NCBI RefSeq assembly: GCF_000092465.1
Contig: NC_014205.1
Span: forward strand, 1,080,001-1,112,000
From: Staphylothermus hellenicus DSM 12710
GTDB lineage: Archaea; Thermoproteota; Thermoprotei_A; Sulfolobales; Desulfurococcaceae
DNA: 32,000 bases
Direction: 5' to 3'
The notes below the pieces were generated by a model that did not search any database, was not told the DNA's origin, and saw only the letters and a list, made by a program, of their open reading frames with translations. Positions 15,146 through 24,398 of this stretch are shown piece after piece. Position 1 is the stretch's first letter. Every line of letters starts with the position of its first letter. The position numbers and the translations under genes are program-made.

Positions 15146-16795
15146 TCATATGATAAACAATTCCTTAATCAAGAAGAGAACAAATGGTGTGAGCAAGATA
15201 TATGACCATACTAATATAAGGGATAGTTTGAAAGGCTTATGAACAAGTTCTAATAGTTTCCAAGCAGTATTTTTCATTAGTTTTGTCTTTATACTGAGTT
15301 TTTTGTATTTAAGGTCTTTTTTGAATTCTTTTCCCAATAGATCCTTGTATCCTTCTAGAATGGCTGTTAATAGCTTATCGTTATATTGGACTGGAATGTA
15401 TATTGTTGATGCATATATGCCCGTTTCTGTGTGTTCATCGTTTGTAAATACTTCGATGCTTTTTTGATCAATCCCATATTTTTCGCTGAGAACTTTTCTT
15501 ATTTTTTCTCTTAATCCAGGCTCCATATTGTTTCCAGAGATATATATTAGTGATAAGAGTTTTTCCGGTTTATCTCCTAATTGTATAAGTATTATATTTG
15601 ATCCTATTACTCCCGGTGATCGAATCTTGATGGTCTTTGCTCTATAGATAAGCGTTTTTTCATTATTATCAGCCTTGATCTCGCTTATCCTATCTATGGC
15701 TTTGTCTAGTAGTTTTCTCAAAGCATCTATGTTAGGCTTAGATTCTAACTCATGGTTATGGCAATCAATAAGAATGAGGTCTCCTAAACCTGCTTGAGCA
15801 GCTTTTAGCTCGTATTCTTTTTGTAATTCATAGGGAAGATCATCTATGCCTTCGCTTCTCGAAACAAATATCATTGATAATTTGTTAAACACTAGAAGCA
15901 ATAGATCCCATTCTCCATCCGAGATCCTTTCATAACCATGAAACTTTATATGCTCGCTATTTGTATCATCGATATTCTTAATAATATAGTCTATGAACCG
16001 AATTGTTTCTTTAAAAGTAGATATGTTTCGATCATGTGAACCCATGCCATGTAATACCACGACTGAACTGTATTTGTTCTTTAATTTCTCATATAGAAGA
16101 GTGGGCAACATACTACTACCTGTATTTGAGAAGGGGCCATAATGTATATCCGAGTATAGCATGAATAATTCATTATCATTATAAATTATTCTGGGATTAA
16201 CAATTTCTTCCTCTCCAAGATCTTCGAAGACTTTCTCAATATCTCTCTTTCTTTCAAGTATGTTCCTTACAAACATTGAGCCAATATCTGGAGCAGGATA
16301 TCTACCTATCTTATGAGTAGACATTATTTTATAAATAATATAATCTAGGAGTATTGGAACCAGTAGTAGCAGAATATAGTTGTACATATTGAAAACAAGT
16401 AGAACTAGTAATGGAGGTATTATTGATAATATATATTTTCTAATACTTGTTCCATCCACACCTAGTAGGCCGATAATAATCATTACAGTTGAAGAAACAA
16501 TACCTAATCCTACATCAAAGAATCCTATTATAAAAGCATATGTTTCAGTCATTAATGCTAGGAATAAAGATCTCTTTAAACGTTTATATGGTGAATTACT
16601 AAGTAAGCCATAAACTGATACTGTTAGAAACACTAAAATAAAATATATGATATAAATAAGTATATTATATCCAATATGAACAAAGAAAAGAAGATTAACT
16701 GATATAATTAATAATATGACTACATAATAACCCGGCAACCTAAAAATAAATGAATAATATTTTGATAGTTCACTATTTGGCTTAAATATTCTCAA
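15146..16795 (-). CDS. Polytopic membrane protein with a large soluble C-terminal domain (possibly the archaeal DUF2070 family, from memory)
   Basis: 549-aa ORF. About 5-6 N-terminal TM segments and one C-terminal TM are present. AGGTGG lies upstream of the start. Confidence 0.6.
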   Translation of the reverse strand: MRIFKPNSELSKYYSFIFRLPGYYVVILLIISVNLLFFVHIGYNILIYIIYFILVFLTVSVYGLLSNSPYKRLKRSLFLALMTETYAFIIGFFDVGLGIVSSTVMIIIGLLGVDGTSIRKYILSIIPPLLVLLVFNMYNYILLLLVPILLDYIIYKIMSTHKIGRYPAPDIGSMFVRNILERKRDIEKVFEDLGEEEIVNPRIIYNDNELFMLYSDIHYGPFSNTGSSMLPTLLYEKLKNKYSSVVVLHGMGSHDRNISTFKETIRFIDYIIKNIDDTNSEHIKFHGYERISDGEWDLLLLVFNKLSMIFVSRSEGIDDLPYELQKEYELKAAQAGLGDLILIDCHNHELESKPNIDALRKLLDKAIDRISEIKADNNEKTLIYRAKTIKIRSPGVIGSNIILIQLGDKPEKLLSLIYISGNNMEPGLREKIRKVLSEKYGIDQKSIEVFTNDEHTETGIYASTIYIPVQYNDKLLTAILEGYKDLLGKEFKKDLKYKKLSIKTKLMKNTAWKLLELVHKPFKLSLILVWSYILLTPFVLFLIKELFII

Positions 16796-16898
16796 TTCTC
16801 ACTAACCACCTTGTCACCGGAAATTATGGTGTTTTCATAGATATTGGCTGTGCCAGCTTTACTATTATTTTTGTCTGTGAAGATATTACTTTGCATAA

Positions 16899-17399
16899 CT
16901 ACTTCTTAAACTTCACGGCTAGTACCAGGACTAGTAAAACAATAGTAATTAATAATGCTATCATCGGAGATATAAACGCTAGTAATCCCAGATAAACCAT
17001 AGCAGTTCCAGCCAGAATTACTATGAGCGAAATAATTTTCTCCGATAATAAATAAGAGATCCCAATAGCTATTATAACGGTTAATAATAGTAATCCAATA
17101 TTATCCATGAAGCCAAACAAGCTCGCTATCACTACACCTATAGTTATACCGCTGATAATCGATAATGCTAGTTTAATAATAAACCATCCTATAAAGAATC
17201 CTATAATGAAACCTAATACCCCTAAAATTGTTGCAGCCAATAATCCTCCATGTATTAACATGACAAGTTTAACTATTAGATAAGCTAGTAATCCTCCAGA
17301 CGCTACACCTACCACAAGTCTTAATAAGAATTTACCGGCTAATGCCGTTATTATTCCTCCTATAATCAATAATATAGACGTTAAAGTTCCAAATGCCAC
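16899..17399 (-). CDS. Small polytopic membrane protein (Gly/Ile/Leu-rich), hypothetical
   Basis: 166 aa and almost entirely TM helices. The start is GTG with AGGTGG 5 nt upstream. Confidence 0.6.
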   Translation of the reverse strand: MAFGTLTSILLIIGGIITALAGKFLLRLVVGVASGGLLAYLIVKLVMLIHGGLLAATILGVLGFIIGFFIGWFIIKLALSIISGITIGVVIASLFGFMDNIGLLLLTVIIAIGISYLLSEKIISLIVILAGTAMVYLGLLAFISPMIALLITIVLLVLVLAVKFKK

Positions 17400-17481
17400 A
17401 TAACCACCTTACACCAAGACACCCTCTAGTTATCGCGAAATACAGATAAAAGAGTGTCGACTCCAAGTATTTACGCAGAAA

Positions 17482-18253
17482 TCATGTGAGATCCCCGCAT
17501 GTGCAGAAAGCCTCATGAACTAGATAGTGTAAATCCTCCATTGTATTAGTGTTTCTAGCAGAAACCATTACCGGTCTATAAGCACCCTTAGTTTTAAGAG
17601 CAATGCTTAAAAGTTCAGGTACAACCTCAGATAATAATCCTTCTTCACTATAATGCTTAGCCATCTCCGCTAATTTCTCAGGCTCCTCAACGATCAGCCC
17701 TGCAAATTCACTATTACCAGCAATATCAATCTTATTAATTACTGGGACAACAGTTAATCCGAGTTTCGCTTGAGTCAGAACTCCTAAGAACCATAATGTT
17801 ACGGCATCTGATAATGTTTCTATTGCTGAGGCATCAATAACAAACACTATAACGGGATTAGACATCTTTGTTAACATGTTGAAGAAAACTGTACTTACAG
17901 GTCTAAAATGAAAGCCTCCATTTGACCAAGGGTATCTATAAGGATCATATCCCATTTTGTAATATTGTTAAATGGTTGATATTTAAAGAGGTCGTTTATT
18001 TTCGAAACAAGCATTTCAGATGCTTTAAGAAAAGCTCCATTGGGGCCTAACCCATACTTCCGCATAATAGTACGTAATGTAAACCATTCACAAAATATCA
18101 AATAATGGTTCATAAGGTAACTCTCAACGCCGGGATCAAGATTAACTATTGCTACACGCATAAATAATGTTCTTCTAAGCCATTCAGCATGGCTTTTTAC
18201 AAGACTTGTTTTCCCGAACCAGCTGGGCCAACAAATACAGCAATTATCGGCAT
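17482..18253 (-). pseudogene. GPN-loop GTPase (PAB0955/XAB1 family) interrupted by two -1 homopolymer frameshifts
   Basis: Frame A (18253-18197) reads MPIIAVFVGPAGSGKQVL*. The P-loop is cut at GSGK(T). Frame B (to 17895) reads SLVKSHAEW...VAIVNLDPG...YGLGPNGA...DTLGQMEAFILDL*. Frame C (to 17482) reads FRPVSTVFF...VIDAS...INKIDI...FCTCGDLT. Adding one A to the AAAA run (forward T4 at 18209-18212) restores one continuous ~257-aa protein when combined with adding one T to the TTTT run (forward A4 at 17905-17908). Confidence 0.85.
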
Positions 18254-18312
18254 CTATACTTACCTCTGTTCTTCCCTGTTTTGAATAGGCAAGCTAGATT
18301 ATTTTGTATAGG

Positions 18313-20148
18313 TTATTCAGATAGTTTCTTTAATTGTCTTTTATACATTTCTAGAAGTTCTTGACTAGTAGTAGCATCTTCCGGTCCCTTATCTGGTCTC
18401 CACCGTATGAATCTGGGGAATCTAATAGATATTCCGACACCAGGTTTTATCGCGTCTAGGCAACACGTGTGGAGAGGTGATAAAGTTAGTTCTGCACCTA
18501 TGATCTCAGCTACTAATGCGGGTGTAACCCATATATCAGGCTTCATGCGTGCTACTACTCTTGGATGCTTATGCTCTATTATGTATGGTTTCAGCATTTC
18601 CGGCAACTTATCTATATCCTCATCTTTGAACCCGCTACCCACCTTGCAAACTGATTCAAAAACATCTTTATCAGGATTATAAGAAGCCATTAATAGTGCA
18701 CCGTATTTTCCGCCTCTACGGCCTCTACCATAGAATGCCCCAATAATAACTAAGTCTACGGTATCGATCATTTCGCTCTTATAATCTCTCTTATACTTTA
18801 TCCAAAGCCATCCACGAGTTCCAGCTTGGTAAATAGCGTTTTTATGCAGAGCTTTAATCATTACGCCTTCGGCACCATCCTCTATTGCTTTGAAAAAGAA
18901 CTTTTCCAGCTCGTCTGGATCATTGGTTCTAATATATTCTGCGATCTGGAAAGTTTCTGTTTGCTCTATTATTTCCTCGAGCTTAGCGCGTCTCTCGGGT
19001 AAAGGTTTTAGAGTATAATCTTCTCCATCAACATATAATAGATCAAACAAGAACACTTTTACAGGGACCTCTTTTATAGCAATGTGTATGTCATGTTTTC
19101 TTTTTCTATGCATTAATTCCTGAAAGGGCCTAAGCTCTCCCGTATCCGGATCATATGCTACGATTTCGCCTTCAACAATTGCTTCATCTGCCTTAATATA
19201 TTTTCTCGCATAATCGACTACGTCGGGGTATTGATGAGTGATATTTTCTAATCTACGCGAATAAATCCATATTTTATCTCCCAATTTATGGATCTGTGCT
19301 CTTTCACCATCGTATTTATACTCTACAAAAGAGTCTCCACCAACTTTTTTCAGTATCTCGACTGGATTATTCAGTCTCTCAGCAAGCATAGGCCTAATAG
19401 GTATTCCTACCTGTGGCTTAATACCTTTCAGGGCTTCTAAGCCTTGAGTTGCAAGTATTTTTGCAATATGTCCTAGGTCGGCTCTGAGATTATAAGCTCT
19501 CTCAACAATAGGTCTAGCATGTGCTCCTCCGCCATAGACTATTGCTAATGCATCCATTATAGTAGCGTCTCCAATACCAAGCCTTAAACGGCCTTCAACA
19601 AATCTGATAATATATTTTGCCTCCTTAGGAGAAGCATCCGATAAGAGGCCGGCTAATAGTTTTAATTTAATATCCCTACTACCCTCTCCAGTAGCTAATG
19701 CTACACGTGATAATGTTTCATAGACTTGACCCACTGTTAATTCTTTCTTAGCAGGCACAAACGCCAGAATAGACATAGCGCCTTTCTTTAACTTTTCTTC
19801 ATATTTAGCTTTAAGCTTTTCAGCCGCTTTCCCTAGATCGCCGAGTGATTTATAGAGGGATTCAACCTCTGACTCCCTACTCTGCGTAGCAAGGGCTATA
19901 GCCTTAACCAGCATTTTCTCTCCAACACCAAGCTCCGGCAAGCCTTTCCAGTCCGGCCATAATCTACCCTGTAATAAATAAACTACTTTATCAATTATTT
20001 CTGGAGGAGTCTTCTTAAACAAGTTAACAAGTAATACAGTCATTTGTGTTCTTGACGTGATTACCTCTATTCTTTCAAAAGTATCTGCTAGTTCTCTGAA
20101 TGGCATGTCTTTTTCATATCTAGGCTGTTCATTCTGCTGTGTAGTCAT
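18313..20148 (-). CDS. lig: ATP-dependent DNA ligase
   Basis: The adenylation motif is [12 protein letters not shown] (KxDG). Downstream ligase motifs (EGVMIK, WLWIKYK) are present. The preferred start is ATG at 20148 (MTTQQNEQ) with GGAGG 7 nt upstream. The track's extra 48 N-terminal codons look like read-through of the promoter region. Confidence 0.95.
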   Translation of the reverse strand: MTTQQNEQPRYEKDMPFRELADTFERIEVITSRTQMTVLLVNLFKKTPPEIIDKVVYLLQGRLWPDWKGLPELGVGEKMLVKAIALATQSRESEVESLYKSLGDLGKAAEKLKAKYEEKLKKGAMSILAFVPAKKELTVGQVYETLSRVALATGEGSRDIKLKLLAGLLSDASPKEAKYIIRFVEGRLRLGIGDATIMDALAIVYGGGAHARPIVERAYNLRADLGHIAKILATQGLEALKGIKPQVGIPIRPMLAERLNNPVEILKKVGGDSFVEYKYDGERAQIHKLGDKIWIYSRRLENITHQYPDVVDYARKYIKADEAIVEGEIVAYDPDTGELRPFQELMHRKRKHDIHIAIKEVPVKVFLFDLLYVDGEDYTLKPLPERRAKLEEIIEQTETFQIAEYIRTNDPDELEKFFFKAIEDGAEGVMIKALHKNAIYQAGTRGWLWIKYKRDYKSEMIDTVDLVIIGAFYGRGRRGGKYGALLMASYNPDKDVFESVCKVGSGFKDEDIDKLPEMLKPYIIEHKHPRVVARMKPDIWVTPALVAEIIGAELTLSPLHTCCLDAIKPGVGISIRFPRFIRWRPDKGPEDATTSQELLEMYKRQLKKLSE

Positions 20149-20329
20149 AGTTGGTCCTCCTCCCCCTAATACAGTATGTTTATAGTATTTAATAAATAGT
20201 CGATCATAAATGATTATAATAAGTATAAAGAGCTGTAAAAGCATATGTATATTTTGAATGATGATACCCGGCAAATATGAGCTGTTCCGCAATGATTAAT
20301 CAGTGTTACTCTGAGGTGTTATTTTAGAA

Positions 20330-22132
20330 GTGAAAATCAATAACACAATAAAGATAGTTGCTTCTGTATTTTTGTTACTACTCATATTGTCTCAAACATC
20401 TATTATAGCTGACTCGGCCAGCAAATATCTTGTTTCCTCAACTAATATCTACTTATTAGCAGTTACTAATAGTAATATGGGCATTGTGGTAAATGTAACA
20501 TTACAAGCTTATTTTCCGGGAGAGGGAAAAATAGAAATTATAGAAAAGAATGGCGTTGTTGAAGAAGATACTTTGTATTCGATATATTATTCTCTTCGAC
20601 TAGCCTCACTAGTGACAGGTATAGATTACAGATCATATGACTACAAAATAATTTTTCCCGAGGAAATTTATATGAAAGGAACAAGTGCTACGCTAGCCTT
20701 TACACTAGGATTCATTGGATTATTAAAGAATATAAGACATTCTCCAAAAGTTGGAGCAACAGGTGTTGTGGCACCAGATCTTATCGTTGGAAATGTATCC
20801 GGTATTGATGCTAAATACTATGCTGCACTCAGATACGGTCTAGACTATGTTATAGGCCCTCCCCAGTTTTTCAGGCATGGTTTCAGGTATAGCTCAGGAA
20901 AGTATATTTATGCTATCGATGTATTTAATGCATACAATTATTATAGCGGTAATAGTATCCTACCTAGCATACATGTTATGGGAAAGCCTTTCATTAAATA
21001 CTTAGTAAATGCTTTCAACTACTCATATATTAATTTGAAGAAAAGCATAGATCAATATCTGCAAAGACAGGGTTTAAATATATCCAGCATTAATGGTTCA
21101 ACATATTATTTTCTAGCTAACAAATACTACTCAATAGGAGATTATTATACTGCGGCATCATATATGTTTAGAGCATACATAAATATTTACACAAGTATTT
21201 TAGCAAGAAAAGCCTTAAGAGACCCAAGAATTACAGCATTGTTAATGGAATGGGTTCAGCATAATTTAACAAAAACAAAAGACTTGATCAGGAATTATGA
21301 AACTTTATTCTTAAATAAAGATTATAATATATGGAACTTTGACGTATTCCTCAATGCATACATAAGATATAGTCAGTCAAAATACTATTACTACGCTGGC
21401 AACAATATTACGAGTCCAACTCAAAAAACAGAATACTATGTCCTTAGTCTAGCTAGGATTCAAACAGTTAAGCATTGGTTAAAACTATTCATTAATAAAT
21501 CGGATCCAGATTTCCTAGACAATGTTAATAATAATTATGATCGAATAATTGATTACATCAATATTTCTCTTATTTATCTAAAATCAATGAACTATATTGG
21601 AAACCAAACTGTTAAATATTTTAAATCCATAGTCAACAGTAATCAGAGTAGTTTGGAGAAAACATTATATCTGGGATACTATTTCTATACATTAAACCAA
21701 AACTTGTCTGCAATGAGAGGATTATTTGATCTATTCATTTCTCCCAAAACAGTAATTGATCTTAATAAAACAATCAATGGGCTAGGATACCTAATAGGTT
21801 TGGAGACAGGCTACTTAACACCAACCATGCTAACAACAGTCGAGCTTGTAAACGACTATCTCGTGGAGGGAGAAAAAACATATAATCTAGGAATGCTCAT
21901 GTCCATGAACCTAGCAATTCTAGTTTTCGAACTAATGATTACAAGACAATATATGAGATTGTCTGCTGAGAAAATAGCTTATACTCAGATCGTATCTTCG
22001 CATGAATTAAGATATGATGTCTTACCTGCTATTATAGCATTGATTATAGGATCGTTCCTTATAGGGTATCTAATTGGAAGGATAAAAAGCAAGCCCTTTA
22101 CTTTAGAAAATCAAGTATGGTCCTATACTTAG
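20330..22132 (+). CDS. Membrane-anchored protein with an N-terminal Lon-type (S16) Ser-Lys protease domain and a long Tyr/Asn-rich helical domain
   Basis: 600 aa with a GTG start. An N-terminal signal/TM segment and two C-terminal TM segments are present. KGTSATLAFTLGFIGLL...VGATGVVAPDLIVGNVSGIDAKYYAALRYGLDYVIGP parallels Lon GPSAG...AMTGE...GG..EK..AA. The Ser-to-Lys spacing is 43 residues. Many N-x-S/T sequons occur. Confidence 0.7.
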   Translation: MKINNTIKIVASVFLLLLILSQTSIIADSASKYLVSSTNIYLLAVTNSNMGIVVNVTLQAYFPGEGKIEIIEKNGVVEEDTLYSIYYSLRLASLVTGIDYRSYDYKIIFPEEIYMKGTSATLAFTLGFIGLLKNIRHSPKVGATGVVAPDLIVGNVSGIDAKYYAALRYGLDYVIGPPQFFRHGFRYSSGKYIYAIDVFNAYNYYSGNSILPSIHVMGKPFIKYLVNAFNYSYINLKKSIDQYLQRQGLNISSINGSTYYFLANKYYSIGDYYTAASYMFRAYINIYTSILARKALRDPRITALLMEWVQHNLTKTKDLIRNYETLFLNKDYNIWNFDVFLNAYIRYSQSKYYYYAGNNITSPTQKTEYYVLSLARIQTVKHWLKLFINKSDPDFLDNVNNNYDRIIDYINISLIYLKSMNYIGNQTVKYFKSIVNSNQSSLEKTLYLGYYFYTLNQNLSAMRGLFDLFISPKTVIDLNKTINGLGYLIGLETGYLTPTMLTTVELVNDYLVEGEKTYNLGMLMSMNLAILVFELMITRQYMRLSAEKIAYTQIVSSHELRYDVLPAIIALIIGSFLIGYLIGRIKSKPFTLENQVWSYT

Positions 22133-22736
22133 TTGTAGACTTTCCATGAATACCATGTATAAGACTCTCGAGAACACGGAAATCATTTTCTAAATCAGGA
22201 CGAAGCTTGGGCGAATACAGAGCAGCCGCTGGATGATAAGTAGCCATAATTTTTACTTCGACACCATCTATTCTTGCAGAGAATACTTTTCCATGCATTC
22301 TCCTCATATTAGACCATTTTAAACCTGCTCTAGAAAACAAAAATCTTGCTGAATGTCTTCCCAACGCAACAATTATTTTTGGTTTTATAATTTTTATCTG
22401 CCTTATCAGATACGGTGAACAAGCTTCTATTTCCTCAGGAGTTGGATCACGGTTATTCGGCGGCCTACACTTTACAACATTAGTGATATAAACATCTGAT
22501 CTCTTCAACCCTATAAGCTCCAGCAACTGCATTAAGAGCTTACCTGCAGCACCAACAAAGGGTCTACCGGTTTCATCTTCTTTACTGCCGGGGGCTTCGC
22601 CAACAAACATTACATCAGCATTACAGGGCCCCTCACCTGGAACAGCGTTTTTCCTACTTAAGTACAACGTGCATTTTCGACACTTCTTTATTTCTTCAGC
22701 AAGCCTAGCTAGTTCGTTGCAGTTATTAGATCCCAT
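22098..22736 (-). CDS. udg: Uracil-DNA glycosylase, family 4 (Fe-S type)
   Basis: CRKCTLY...VPGEGPCNADVMFVGEAPGSKEDETGRPFVGAAGKLL and YHPAAALY are present. The preferred start is ATG at 22736 with GGAGG 7 nt upstream (the track starts at 22772). The 3' end overlaps the convergent gene by 35 nt. Confidence 0.9.
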   Translation of the reverse strand: MGSNNCNELARLAEEIKKCRKCTLYLSRKNAVPGEGPCNADVMFVGEAPGSKEDETGRPFVGAAGKLLMQLLELIGLKRSDVYITNVVKCRPPNNRDPTPEEIEACSPYLIRQIKIIKPKIIVALGRHSARFLFSRAGLKWSNMRRMHGKVFSARIDGVEVKIMATYHPAAALYSPKLRPDLENDFRVLESLIHGIHGKSTTKYRTILDFLK

Positions 22737-22883
22737 GTTTTTTCCTCCCAGTTCGTTGCTTCTTATCCACACTATATGTAGTGTATTACTAAATCATTAA
22801 ATTTATGAGTAGGCATAATATTGTATAGTATTATATAGATGATAGATGTATTAGGACCATACGATAGATACTAGTGATCATTA

Positions 22884-23783
22884 ATGAAAAAATACAAACT
22901 ATTAACGATCAAAACAAAAGTGGGCGATAAACTAGGCTATAGAAGCGATAATAGTGTGGAAATAAACGAGATCATTAGCCGAGCTAGAGAGATTGATGGA
23001 GATAAAATAATCATTATTCCAGATATTCTTTATCCATATAAAGACGAAATATTAAATATTGCTAAGAAATATGAAAACACCGATTTAGTTATAATAGTTG
23101 GGAAAAACAAATCGTTCATCGCACGTTTATTCGGTCGATTAATACATAACCCCTTAGCGTCTTTAACCAAGAATAAACTGAGCATTACCGCTATTATTTC
23201 AAAGAATATATTAATGGATGAGAGAATAAGGTCTTTCAACGATATAGTAGATAAAGCCAAACACGTGGTTGAAATCGTATATGATGTTCCATTACATGTA
23301 TATACTTATATGTTATATGGTAGACTACCCAGCAAAATATTGTTGGCTGTTTTAGAGCCTGTTCGGATAATAAAGTTTGGATTAGTAGGATTATCTGGAT
23401 TCTTCATAAATTATTTATCTGTTGCCTACGTGCTTGGCCTTCTAACAACGTATAATATTTTATATCAGACAACAACTCATTTCTTAGCTTCAATTATAGG
23501 CTTCGAGACAAGTCTTACATGGAATTTCATACTCCATGAATTATGGACTTTCAGAGACCTAAAACTAAGCAAGAGATTGTTTGCACGTATTAAACGGTGG
23601 CTTAAATATCACGTTGCATCGATTGGAAGCTTTATAACACAAACAACATCTGTAACAATATTATCAGGTATCATGGGTGCTCCTCTACTATGTTCTGTTG
23701 CTACAGGTGTAATGTTTGGATTCATTGTGAATTATATGATCGGGAGATTCTATACGTGGAGCGAAAACGAAACAACAAGGTAA
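22884..23783 (+). CDS. GtrA-like membrane protein with an N-terminal degenerate glycosyltransferase-2-like remnant
   Basis: The C-terminal ~140 aa has four TM helices with a GtrA-like pattern (GLSGFFINYLSVAYVL...WNFILHELWTF...GFIVNYMIGRFYTW). The N-terminal GDKIIIIPDILYPYKDEILNIAKKYENTDLVIIVG resembles the second half of a GT2 domain. PDI replaces the DxD. Confidence 0.6.
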   Translation: MKKYKLLTIKTKVGDKLGYRSDNSVEINEIISRAREIDGDKIIIIPDILYPYKDEILNIAKKYENTDLVIIVGKNKSFIARLFGRLIHNPLASLTKNKLSITAIISKNILMDERIRSFNDIVDKAKHVVEIVYDVPLHVYTYMLYGRLPSKILLAVLEPVRIIKFGLVGLSGFFINYLSVAYVLGLLTTYNILYQTTTHFLASIIGFETSLTWNFILHELWTFRDLKLSKRLFARIKRWLKYHVASIGSFITQTTSVTILSGIMGAPLLCSVATGVMFGFIVNYMIGRFYTWSENETTR

Positions 23784-23845
23784 AAAACCCATTTTGAACT
23801 AGGTAAAATATATATGTGCAAACACTATGAAGAGGTGCTAAAATA

Positions 23846-24088
23846 ATGGGGTTGAAGCACGGCAAGTACATATATGTTGAGAGAAAAGATGGTTGGTATG
23901 TTAAGGTAAGAGTCTTAAATATTAGATTAAAGAAGAAAGGCAAGAAGGAGAAATATAGTTTTGACATTAATGATCCCGAAAAATACCTGGTATTACAGGT
24001 TAAAACAAAGAAACCACCATTTAAAGCACAAATTATGAAAGAAGATGATATTCCAGACGAAGTCAAAAAAGCATTATACCAGATGTGA
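23846..24088 (+). CDS. Small Lys-rich basic protein, hypothetical
   Basis: 80 aa. GAGGTG lies 9 nt upstream of the ATG, and the TATA-like aaaatatatat lies ~35 nt upstream. It is immediately followed by the GC-rich structured region. Confidence 0.6.
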   Translation: MGLKHGKYIYVERKDGWYVKVRVLNIRLKKKGKKEKYSFDINDPEKYLVLQVKTKKPPFKAQIMKEDDIPDEVKKALYQM

Positions 24089-24091
24089 ACT

Positions 24092-24247
24092 GCTCCCTGC
24101 GTAAGCGGGGGGCTTCTCCCGTTCCACCCGCCTTCACGGCTTAGGGTTTCATCTGGGAGTTCGGGGGGGTTCACAGCTCCCCCATCCCATGCCTCACATT
24201 AAGGCATGAGCTATATTGATTGCAGCCTCCAAATTTCCCTACGGGAA
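24092..24247 (+). ncRNA. Unclassified structured RNA candidate (five consecutive GC-rich hairpins)
   Basis: Hairpin 1 (24092-24113): 9 bp with GTAA (GNRA) loop and two G.U pairs. Hairpin 2 (24116-24159): CTCCC/GGGAG outer stem, ACCCGCC/GGC-tta-GGGT inner stem. Hairpin 3 (24163-24183): 7 bp including one G.U, loop TTCACAG. Hairpin 4 (24188-24208): 7 bp, loop CACATTA. Hairpin 5 (24235-24247): TTCCC-tac-GGGAA. The G.U pairs become A.C mismatches on the other strand, so the plus strand is favoured. Confidence 0.45.
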
Positions 24248-24289
24248 CATCCCAGAAACCCTTTTAGTTTATATGTGTATCTAAAGTTT

Positions 24290-24353
24290 TTCCCTCCCGC
24301 TACCCCTCATGTATCCCCTCCCCCCACGGAAGGGGTCTTACAAGCGATGGGAA
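24290..24353. ncRNA. Second GC-rich stem element with a C-rich apical loop (candidate RNA or DNA structure)
   Basis: The stems are TTCCC/GGGAA (24290-94 with 24349-53), CGC/GCG (24298-300 with 24344-46) and ACCCC/GGGGT (24302-06 with 24332-36). They enclose the loop tcatgtatcccctccccccacggaa. An AT-rich hairpin/TATA-like stretch (24261-24289) separates it from the upstream element. Confidence 0.25.
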
Positions 24354-24398
24354 GATAAACTCAGATATTTTTATACTGATGCATCAATTTAAATACTA

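Noticed and set aside
17418-17458. Imperfect inverted repeat GACACcCTCT...AGAGTGTC between the GPN gene stop and the next gene start
   Set aside because: The stem is weak and bulged, with a 23-nt loop. It is compatible with an incidental terminator or promoter-region structure and is not distinctive.
20149-20292. 48-codon N-terminal extension of the DNA ligase ORF
   Set aside because: The extension is hydrophobic and low-information and runs through TATA-like sequence. GGAGG lies 7 nt before the ATG at 20148, and the ligase homology begins after that ATG.
22098-22132. 35-nt convergent overlap of the Lon-like gene and the UDG gene (also 25498-25512 for HAD and the phosphoesterase)
   Set aside because: Short convergent 3' overlaps are common in compact archaeal genomes. 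Nothing suggests an antisense regulatory function.
23722-24174. 150-aa minus-strand ORF spanning the small basic-protein gene and the GC-rich island
   Set aside because: It is antisense to a gene that has good SD and TATA signals. Its Pro/Gly-rich N-terminus simply reflects the GC-rich RNA-like region.
24292-24325. Run of G-tracts on the minus strand (GGGGGGAGGGGATACATGAGGGGTAGCGGGAGGG), a potential G-quadruplex or i-motif
   Set aside because: One loop is 8 nt, so the strict G3N1-7 rule fails. The same bases are already explained by stem pairing in the candidate RNA element. Nothing supports a G4 role.
24089-24353. Assignment of the GC-rich island to RNase P RNA, SRP (7S) RNA, 5S rRNA, a tRNA or tRNA half, or an H/ACA sRNA
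   Set aside because: I could not find the RNase P CR-I/CR-V consensus, the SRP helix-8 GGAA/AGCA motif or a T-loop with a 5-bp stem and acceptor complement. I also found no pseudouridylation pocket followed by ACA. It is left as unclassified.
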